A stretch of DNA of 64,000 nucleotides from a virus, in IMG/VR virus record IMGVR_UViG_3300025030_000060, positions 1-64,000 of that record; one strand, given 5' to 3'. Shown here piece by piece: positions 56,921 to 64,000 of the stretch. Below the pieces are notes generated by a model. It did not search any database. It was given only the letters and a program-made list of their open reading frames with translations, and had not been told where the DNA came from. A program made the position numbers and the translations under genes. Position 1 is the stretch's first letter. Every line of letters begins with the position of its first letter.

Positions 56921-59020
56921 CTACACCCCCGCCGCTTCGTCAGCCAATTTCTGACTGAGCGCGTCCGCAGCGGTGTTGAGCCTTTCGTCGTACAGCTCAA
57001 GCATGTTCATGCCCTCCAGCATGGAGGCGGCTTCGTCAAGGGCCGCGTCCATTTCGGCAGACGTGGCATACTCCCCGGCGATGATCGAGTTGAGGATGGT
57101 AACAGCCGCGTTCTCTTCGGCACGGTCGGGGTTGGTGTCGCCGGGGTCTGCGGTCGTAGTCGTTTCAGGCGAAGCGACAGAAGGGATAGCCCCATTGATC
57201 TTAGCTGCAAACTCTTCAGGGGTGCCCGTCAGGTCATCAGGGATGAGCATTTCGTCACCTACCTTCGACTCTTCGCCCGAAATAGTTATTGACTGTATTC
57301 TTGCGGTGACACCTACGACATTTGCCCCAGCCCCAACCTGAACGTAGTCGTTGTCCACAATGAAAGTTGTCTCGCCCACGGTCTTTTGAAACGCATAGGC
57401 GAGCTTGGGGTTTTTATCCTTGGAAAGCCAGTCGAGCCCCCTAAGCGCATTGCGCACTGCGACAATGCGGTCCTGAAAGAAGGCATCCAGCACATCCTGA
57501 TACTTGAGCTGTAGTTCAGGGTCGGCTATGATGAGCGCGTACCCGCTGGGGGATGTCGCGTCAATGGCCGGGGCCGTCATTGGCACAATCCCCCCGTCGC
57601 TGAGATAGCCTTGCAGTTTGTCATAACGCACGTTCATAGTAGTGCTATCGGTCCTGAACTCAATAGCCGGGAGGTTGGACCCGCCAAATTCGCTGGACTC
57701 AAGGCTGGAGACTGCGTAGCCGTCCATGTAACTGTCTTTCTCGAAACTCTTGGAGACGAAATCCTGTCTGCTCATGCGGTAGGTGTCCCCGACGTGGAAC
57801 TGCGACACTACGGCGGCGTATTTGGCCGCCCACTGCGCCACCGTCTCCCTTCCGCTGATCTGGTCCTGAAGAACGGCTACGGCCTTATCGAAGGCATTGA
57901 CGGCGGTAGCCCTGCTCTTCGCTTTGAATTTCTGTTTGTCGGCATTTACGACGATGCTCCCACTCTCCCCGTCCTCATAGAAGTTGGTCGACACTTCCTC
58001 AAGTCGGGGCTTTGCATCGGTGCCGCCTATGAGTAAGAGTTTGAAGGAACCTTCCTCTTTAGCATCAAAACCCATGCCGACAAGCACATTGGTGAACTCT
58101 GCCACGGCTGCGGCGTAGCCATCCCCGCCCCCAGTGCCCCCCTTCCCCTTGTTCCCGGCGATGGTCGCCGCCAAGGAATCGACCTGCGACTGAAGCTCTG
58201 CGTTGAACTCCTGAACCTTGGTGAGCTGCGCGGTGGCCGCCTGGATGTCAGAATCGAGTTTTTCCGCCTGCGCCTGCGTTTCGGTGAGCGTGGCGAGCAA
58301 GGTCTGGTTGTTGACCTGCTCGGCTTCTACTTGCCCCCTCACGGTCTCCAGGGATGCTTTCTGCTCGGCGATATCCTTCGACTTGGTGGCAAACGCCTTG
58401 GCGTTCTTTCCCACCAGCATGGCGACGCGCTTGCCTACCTCTTCCAGGGAGACATCGGCCTCCCCCTCGGGCGAGACGGCCACGGTGATGTCCCGCTTGT
58501 TGAGAAGCCAGCGAAAGGCCAGGATCTCGTCGGCTGCGGTGATCTTCATCTTGTTGTTGTCCGGGGAGTGGAAGACGATGGTGATCGTCTGTCCGTCCGA
58601 AACAGGGAACTGCACCGTCACCGTGGCGAACATGCCGGACTGCCGGGGCTTGCCGATGTTGGCCTCCCCTACCGTCAGCCCCTTGTCGGCCATGTACCGG
58701 TTCAGGGACTTGGCGAGGGCCATCATGGTCTGCGCCGTCCGGGAGAAGGAACGAACCCGCACCGCCTCTAGAACCATCCCGTCGTCCCGCGTGTTACCGC
58801 AGCCTGCGCAGTTGCCAGAGCATCCGTCGCAGGTCTGCTCTTCGCCGCCGTACTCCGCGTCCATGTCGGCCATGTCGGCGCACTCCAGAATCAGCAGCGC
58901 CTGTTTCGGGTCACAGGTGAGGCGGTAGTGGGCATCGGTCAGTTGCTCCGGGGTAAACCCTTTGGCAAACGGGTCAAAGGTAAGTCTGATCTTCCTTGCG
59001 TCCTGCATGCGGTATAACAT
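56921..59020 (-). CDS. darA: DarA (defence against restriction A)
   Basis: DarA_N-like VSDGQTITIVFHSPD...FRWLLNKRDITVAVSPE; DarA_C-like LDEAA...ERLNTAADAL. Confidence 0.88.
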   Translation of the reverse strand: MLYRMQDARKIRLTFDPFAKGFTPEQLTDAHYRLTCDPKQALLILECADMADMDAEYGGEEQTCDGCSGNCAGCGNTRDDGMVLEAVRVRSFSRTAQTMMALAKSLNRYMADKGLTVGEANIGKPRQSGMFATVTVQFPVSDGQTITIVFHSPDNNKMKITAADEILAFRWLLNKRDITVAVSPEGEADVSLEEVGKRVAMLVGKNAKAFATKSKDIAEQKASLETVRGQVEAEQVNNQTLLATLTETQAQAEKLDSDIQAATAQLTKVQEFNAELQSQVDSLAATIAGNKGKGGTGGGDGYAAAVAEFTNVLVGMGFDAKEEGSFKLLLIGGTDAKPRLEEVSTNFYEDGESGSIVVNADKQKFKAKSRATAVNAFDKAVAVLQDQISGRETVAQWAAKYAAVVSQFHVGDTYRMSRQDFVSKSFEKDSYMDGYAVSSLESSEFGGSNLPAIEFRTDSTTMNVRYDKLQGYLSDGGIVPMTAPAIDATSPSGYALIIADPELQLKYQDVLDAFFQDRIVAVRNALRGLDWLSKDKNPKLAYAFQKTVGETTFIVDNDYVQVGAGANVVGVTARIQSITISGEESKVGDEMLIPDDLTGTPEEFAAKINGAIPSVASPETTTTADPGDTNPDRAEENAAVTILNSIIAGEYATSAEMDAALDEAASMLEGMNMLELYDERLNTAADALSQKLADEAAGV

Positions 59021-59049
59021 TGGTGTCCCTCCCTCCGGGAAATTGATGG

Positions 59050-60867
59050 CTATTCGTATTGCTCGGGGAAATCGTTGGCCGGAAGCGGCTTGTTGGCGGC
59101 CTCCCAGGTCTTCCTGTCCTGAGCGGCCATCGGGTACTGCCGGTGGCAGTTGATGCAGACTTCTTCCTGCACGTCTGCTCCGCACCACGGGCAAGGCTTG
59201 TGGGTCGTCGCGCCCTGATCGTGCTCGGGGTCGTCAATATGCAGCGGGTCGTCAATGTCGTGTTCCCCGCTCCTGTCGATCTCCAGCCCGATGCCTTCGA
59301 GGATCATCGCGGGCGCTATGCCCCGGTAGATCATCCCTTCGTGCTGGACCTTGTAGAACGGGCCTTGCGCGGTAGGCACAGACTCAAGAATCATGACCTT
59401 CTTTCCTGCGAGCGCATCGCCTTCAGCACGGTGCCCCTTGAGGGTCACTTCGGTGCCTGCCCCGAAAGGCTCGGCGCTCTCCATGACCATTCCTTCCCCG
59501 TCAATCTTGCAGCCCTGCGAGGGGCACTCATAGCCCCCCTCGCAGGGCTCCGTGCTGGCACCGCACTTTGGGCAGTCGCCACAGGAACCGCTGGTTGCAA
59601 CGACAGGAGCCGGATAGGTGAAGGGGGAAAGGATCGTGGTGTCCTGGAAAACCGCCCAGCCGGTAGACTCGGAGCGTTCGGCATAGGTAGCGCGCCCATC
59701 GGGAACGCCGACAATCTCGGCAGGGGAACCTGTTTCAACACCATTATCCGGGTTGCCGTTGTTGTCGCTGCCCCACTCCAGAATCATCGCCCGCCCCGGC
59801 ATGTCCTGCTCTTCCTGATGCGCGTTGAACAGGTCGATGGCTTCAAGGATTGCGGTCTCTTCCGGGGCCTTGATCCAGTTCAGGAAATACGCCTTGGAGA
59901 GATTGGCAATCTTCCCCTCGGCCTTGAGCTGCACAGACTCGAAGATGTTCTCTTCCTCCTTCAGGAACCCCATCAACTCGTCGTCGGTGAAACTTTCGAT
60001 GAAGGCAATGGCGTCATTGATCTCGCAGGAGTTGTTGAACCCCTCGACAAAGGCGGCGGTGAGCTTCGGGTGTCTTGCTCTGCCGTGCAGCAGATCCTGC
60101 GCGATGCGGGTACGGTCGATCTGCACCGGGGCGGTGCCTGCGGCTTCGAGGATGGCTCCCGTGCCGTCGATTTGACAACCGCATGCGGGGCATTTTTTGC
60201 CGCCTTCGCAATCGTCCATCACTGCTCCACACTTGGGGCACTGCGTTTCCATGAGTTGCCCATCGTTGGCGCTCTCCATGATGCCGCTCTTCAGGTTTTC
60301 GAGCTGTTTTTGAAGATCGGTAGACTTGTTGTTTTCCTCTTCGATCTGTGCCTGGAGTCTCAGCAGGTTCCTGTCCTTTTCTACCACAACGGGCTGGAGT
60401 GCCGCAATCTGCTCCTGCACGGCCCCGTTCTGCCCTCTGAATTCCTCCAGAGATGCGGTGTAGGTGTGGATCTGCTCGGCAGTGCTGGTATTGACCGCCT
60501 TGACCTTGGGGGCGACGACCTTCACCCGCGAAAGCTGCTTTTCCTTCTGCTTCGCGTAGGCGGGCTCATTCTCCTTGACGTAGGCCAGGACCTCATCGGT
60601 GAAGGTGTCCGGCTTGATGTAGTTCTTGATCGCCAGGACCTTGCCGTTCAGCTTCGCCTGATAGAGACTCCCCCCGGCCTTGATCTTCAGCACGAGGGTC
60701 TGACCGCTCTCGAAGGTGAGCGTTGCCGTCTTGATGGCATAGCCGTTCTCGCGCTTACTCTTGTTGTCGGCCACGGTCTCCTTTACCGGGAACCCCGCCT
60801 TATCGAACTTCTGGAGGAGCGACTTGAGCCCCTTTTTGGTGTAGTCCTCAAACTCTATCGTTACCAT
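59050..60867 (-). CDS. hdf: Hdf-like protein (DarA N-terminal homolog) with long C-terminal extension
   Basis: KRENGYAIKTATLTFESGQ...GSLYQAKLNGKVL; immediately upstream of darA; AGGAGG RBS. Confidence 0.75.
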   Translation of the reverse strand: MVTIEFEDYTKKGLKSLLQKFDKAGFPVKETVADNKSKRENGYAIKTATLTFESGQTLVLKIKAGGSLYQAKLNGKVLAIKNYIKPDTFTDEVLAYVKENEPAYAKQKEKQLSRVKVVAPKVKAVNTSTAEQIHTYTASLEEFRGQNGAVQEQIAALQPVVVEKDRNLLRLQAQIEEENNKSTDLQKQLENLKSGIMESANDGQLMETQCPKCGAVMDDCEGGKKCPACGCQIDGTGAILEAAGTAPVQIDRTRIAQDLLHGRARHPKLTAAFVEGFNNSCEINDAIAFIESFTDDELMGFLKEEENIFESVQLKAEGKIANLSKAYFLNWIKAPEETAILEAIDLFNAHQEEQDMPGRAMILEWGSDNNGNPDNGVETGSPAEIVGVPDGRATYAERSESTGWAVFQDTTILSPFTYPAPVVATSGSCGDCPKCGASTEPCEGGYECPSQGCKIDGEGMVMESAEPFGAGTEVTLKGHRAEGDALAGKKVMILESVPTAQGPFYKVQHEGMIYRGIAPAMILEGIGLEIDRSGEHDIDDPLHIDDPEHDQGATTHKPCPWCGADVQEEVCINCHRQYPMAAQDRKTWEAANKPLPANDFPEQYE

Positions 60868-60947
60868 GCCGCTCCTCCTGTTTTTTGCCCCACAAGATAC
60901 TTGATTAATTGACAATTCACAATATTTTTATTGGAAGCCCTTTTTGT

Positions 60948-60987
60948 TGCATTATTTGTTTGACAGATAATCTAAAAAGAGTATAAA
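60948..60987 (+). promoter_or_regulatory. Sigma70 promoter with operator (copy 4)
   Basis: TGCATTATTTGTTTGACAGATAA; TTGACA-16-TATAAA. Confidence 0.8.
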
Positions 60988-61022
60988 TGGAGCAACCATA
61001 CCTTTCTAAAAAGGAGCCACAA

Positions 61023-61496
61023 ATGACAAATTTAAAGCTGATCCTGATCGCTGTTATCCTCTCCGTATCGGCTACCCCGGCGATTGCGGGTGACATATTC
61101 ACCAAGGGGGATACTGTCTGGACGACCACTGACACTGTTTTGCAGGTTGCGATGCTTGTGCTGCTTGAAGTAGACCGCGAGCAAACCATCTATATCTCTA
61201 AACACTCTAAAGGGGACATATATGGCGATGCTGAGACATACCCTGTAGGCACGGTTCCAATCCCAACATACTATGAACGAAACCAGGGGATCGGCCAAGA
61301 GGCGTCCACTGCCAAAATAACCTCCTACTTTATCGCTTACGCGGCAGGCCATACGTTGATCTCTTATGGCCTGCGGAAGTCTGGATGGACCATAATGGGC
61401 ACCCCCGTAGTAACTTTATGGCAAGCTGGCTACATTGTTTACGAGGCGGATGTTGTACTAAAAAACTATAAGCTAGGCATAAAAATGCAGTTCTAG
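61023..61496 (+). CDS. Secreted/envelope 'moron' protein
   Basis: AAGGAG RBS, signal peptide ending AIA, C-terminal LGIKMQF; lower GC; only credible plus-strand gene. Confidence 0.75.
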   Translation: MTNLKLILIAVILSVSATPAIAGDIFTKGDTVWTTTDTVLQVAMLVLLEVDREQTIYISKHSKGDIYGDAETYPVGTVPIPTYYERNQGIGQEASTAKITSYFIAYAAGHTLISYGLRKSGWTIMGTPVVTLWQAGYIVYEADVVLKNYKLGIKMQF

Positions 61497-61516
61497 GCCC
61501 CCTAACCCCAATATGG

Positions 61517-64000
61517 TTATTCCCACGAGTTGTTACCGTAATAGAAGGTATCGCCACCGGCTGCCCCTGTGCAAACGTAGAGAAAACTATTCCCTGTTGA
61601 ACTGGTCCCGTCCGTAACACCCGTTACGGTATACCAACCGTTATCGGTATCCCCACCGACAGGTCGGTAATTTCGCGTGGACCTATTGACCGCACGCACC
61701 GAATACGTGCGGTACGCATTGACCGCACCCCCCGATATTTCCAGGGCGACCACGCATGTGCTGGCTGTTCCTACGGCTATGCTGCCGGTGGTTGCACCCG
61801 AGGGAGTAAGGTTCTTGATATACAGGTTGCTACCATCCCACCTTAGACTATTAAACGAGGTGCTTCCAATGTTGAACTTCCCTACCCCGCTTGAATTGCC
61901 GAGCCAATAGCCCGCTGTACTGTAATCCGTGTAACCAGTTTTGCCTGAGCTGATATTAACCGCCCCCGCTGCGAAATTAATCAGACTCCCCAGCGTACTA
62001 TCCGAGAAAAGCCCGATCCCTGCTACCTTCCCGTTTGCGTCTACCTTGAGGGTGTACTGAGCGGAATACTGGTTCGCCGCCGTATCGGCTTCGCTGGCGC
62101 TGGTCGCCGCACTTGTCGCGTACCCGGAAGCGTTGCTTGCGTGAGTCCCTGCCGTGGTAGCTGCACTCGAAGCTGTACTGGATGACGACGCTGCGCTATT
62201 CGAGTAGGAAAGGGCATTTCCTTCTGACGTACTTGCAGCCGTGGCGCTGTTACTTGCAGCCGTGGCGCTGGCAGAGGCATTACCCGCCGAAGTAGATGCA
62301 CTGCTTGCCTGCGATGACGCAGTGCTGGCAGAGGCGCTGGCATTGCTTGCACTGGTTCCCGCTGCGGTCTCACTGGTCGCCGCATTGCCCGCTGACGTAG
62401 AAGCCTGAGAAGCGTAGGTACTGGCACTGCCCGCCGACGTGTTGGCAGCCGTTGCACTCGCCGCCGCCGCTGTCGCCGACGTGCCAGCCGCCCCCGCCGA
62501 GGTTGATGCACTACTGGCCGAGGTTGATGCCGCACTCGCCGACGTGCTTGCGCCTGCGGCCTCTGATGCTGCGGTAACGGCGCTTGCAGCCGCTGCCGTT
62601 GCAGAGTTCCCGGCGTTGGTCGCTTGCGTCGATGCCGTGGTGGCGCTGGAAGCTGCCGCCGTGGCGCTGCCTCCCGCTGCCGTCTCGCTAGCTGCCGCTG
62701 CCGTTGCGCTAGCTGCCGCTGCCGTTGCTGATCCTGAAGCATTGGACGCCTGAGTAGACGCCGTGCCCGCCGATCCTGCTGCGTTCGTGGCATTGGTTCC
62801 GGCAGTCGTGGCGCTGGACGCCGCATTGTCTGCTGAAGTGCTGGCTTGGCTAGCGTAGGTGCTGGCACTACCTGCTGAAGTGGACGCTGCCGTCGCACTG
62901 GCCGCCGCTGCGCTTGCGCTTGTCCCTGCGTTGCCTTCGCTCGTTGAGGCGCTGCTCGCTGATGTTGCCGCAGCACTCGCTGCCGTAGTCGCATCAGCGG
63001 CTTTTGATGTAGCCGTTACCGCGCTTGCCGCCGCTGATGTTGCTGACGTTCCCGCATTGGTCGCACTGGTTCCAGCAGAACTGGCGCTGGTCGCTGCCGC
63101 TGTTGCCGATCCTCCCGCCGAGACAGACTCAGTTATATCCTCACAACTCAACTGTGCTATTTCATAAGTCGAGGTGGTCCCTGAAGGATAGTTCAATATT
63201 GCCATTGGTCGCACGGCCACGATGCCAGTACCAGTACCGACAATTGAGCTGCCCGGTAATGTAAGAGTATAGGTCTGCCACCCTTGGGCTACTTGTAGAT
63301 CAGTAGGCCCAGTTAAAACGTACTGATATGCGGCAGAGGGGTACGTTACGTTGGCGTAACTAGCATCCAACGCTGCATATCCAGCGTACAGGTCTCCTCC
63401 CGCCTGGTCAACAGTCCTCCTCGCTACTATGGTAAATCTGTATGTCCTTAATGGAGATACTGGATACAATTTTCTCGTGAAAATATTCACTAAACCCGTG
63501 CGAGATAGTGCAAGGGGTCCACCATTGCCCGAGGTATTAGCCACATTGTAGGCATTTGCGTCAGCGGTGATCGGAGGGTTGCTGAGGGTATAGGCATAGG
63601 ACAGTTCGTTTAGAGGGTCGCTGAAAAGTACACTGGAACTTGCTGCAACAGTCTCACCGTAACTAGACGCAGCAGATACCGAGGAAGCCGCCGCCGCCGT
63701 GGCAGAGTTACCCGCGTTCGTCGCACTCGTTGATGCGCTACTGGCACTGGTCGCCGCCGCGCTGGCGCTTCCCCCTGCCGTCGTGGCGCTATTCGCCGCG
63801 TTGGTTGCACTGGTAGCCGCTGCCGACTCTGCCGACTCCGCTGAGTTCTTCGCTGTGACCGCTGCCGTCTGTGCCGATTGAGCTGCTGACTGCGCCGTTT
63901 CGGCGGCGAGCTTCGATGTGTTCGCGGCACTGGCACTCGTAGATGCGGCACCGGCAGAAGAACTTGCGTTGCTCGCACTCGTTGCCGCTGCTGAAGCAGA
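61517..64000 (-). CDS. Tail fibre/host-specificity protein with Ala/Ser/Thr repeats (5' end beyond window)
   Basis: Frame is open from 64000; ASAAATSA repeats; SAQYTLKVDANGKVAGIGL gpJ-like segment. Confidence 0.8.
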   Translation of the reverse strand, partial: SASAAATSASNASSSAGAASTSASAANTSKLAAETAQSAAQSAQTAAVTAKNSAESAESAAATSATNAANSATTAGGSASAAATSASSASTSATNAGNSATAAAASSVSAASSYGETVAASSSVLFSDPLNELSYAYTLSNPPITADANAYNVANTSGNGGPLALSRTGLVNIFTRKLYPVSPLRTYRFTIVARRTVDQAGGDLYAGYAALDASYANVTYPSAAYQYVLTGPTDLQVAQGWQTYTLTLPGSSIVGTGTGIVAVRPMAILNYPSGTTSTYEIAQLSCEDITESVSAGGSATAAATSASSAGTSATNAGTSATSAAASAVTATSKAADATTAASAAATSASSASTSEGNAGTSASAAAASATAASTSAGSASTYASQASTSADNAASSATTAGTNATNAAGSAGTASTQASNASGSATAAAASATAAAASETAAGGSATAAASSATTASTQATNAGNSATAAAASAVTAASEAAGASTSASAASTSASSASTSAGAAGTSATAAAASATAANTSAGSASTYASQASTSAGNAATSETAAGTSASNASASASTASSQASSASTSAGNASASATAASNSATAASTSEGNALSYSNSAASSSSTASSAATTAGTHASNASGYATSAATSASEADTAANQYSAQYTLKVDANGKVAGIGLFSDSTLGSLINFAAGAVNISSGKTGYTDYSTAGYWLGNSSGVGKFNIGSTSFNSLRWDGSNLYIKNLTPSGATTGSIAVGTASTCVVALEISGGAVNAYRTYSVRAVNRSTRNYRPVGGDTDNGWYTVTGVTDGTSSTGNSFLYVCTGAAGGDTFYYGNNSWE

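Larger units (their letters stand above)
1..64000 (-). mobile_element. Segment of a large P1-like phage/prophage or phage-plasmid genome (both ends run out of the window)
   Basis: Co-oriented minus-strand terminase, portal, protease, endolysin, Dar-like, RecET-like, Rep/DnaC and tail-fibre genes; dense small ORFs with ATGA/GTGA overlaps; no housekeeping operons. Confidence 0.95.

Noticed and set aside
61500-61522. CCCTAAC...GTTATTC as a further attC site
   Set aside because: Only about 23 bp with no L boxes; more likely a small hairpin between convergent genes
61517-62100. Diversity-generating retroelement or Cin-type invertible segment at the fibre tip
   Set aside because: No reverse transcriptase, template repeat, invertase or inverted crossover sites in the window
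63545-63660. Frameshift in the tail fibre suggested by the ORF-track start at 63544
   Set aside because: Manual translation shows the same frame is open to position 64000

Overview
About 64 kb of a large, GC-rich tailed phage or phage-plasmid with a P1-like virion gene set. The host is probably a Geobacter/Desulfuromonadales-type bacterium (inference). Nearly all real genes are on the minus strand; most long plus-strand ORFs are antisense shadows. Reading right to left along transcription: an Ala/Ser/Thr-repeat tail-fibre gene (partial); one plus-strand secreted 'moron' gene; a P1 Dar-like cluster (hdf, darA, ddrA, a frameshift-split ddrB, an hxr-like gene, an extra 1195-aa polyvalent protein, darB, ulx); an accessory operon ending in an integrase-less integron-type cassette array; portal and prohead protease; lysis genes (GH108 endolysin); ParB, HNH, AAA-ATPase, RecE/RecT-like, RdgC, Rep/DnaC and HU genes; TerS; about 16 kb of small accessory ORFs; and TerL carrying a mini-intein in its Walker A motif (partial). 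The most striking unexplained structure is at 37.45-40.13 kb. It has an attI-like site followed by five attC-like hairpins, three of them only 48-51 bp, bounding phage-type genes oriented antisense to the att sites, with no intI in the window. Three of the cassettes share a near-identical 21-nt gene-gene junction. Other signals: a 4-copy palindromic operator over TTGACA promoters, a recurring hydrophobic-hydrophobic-E-[SA] candidate protease site in head proteins, a shared candidate capsid-targeting helix, a PAPS-reductase gene with two repeat tracts, and iteron-like repeats in rep.
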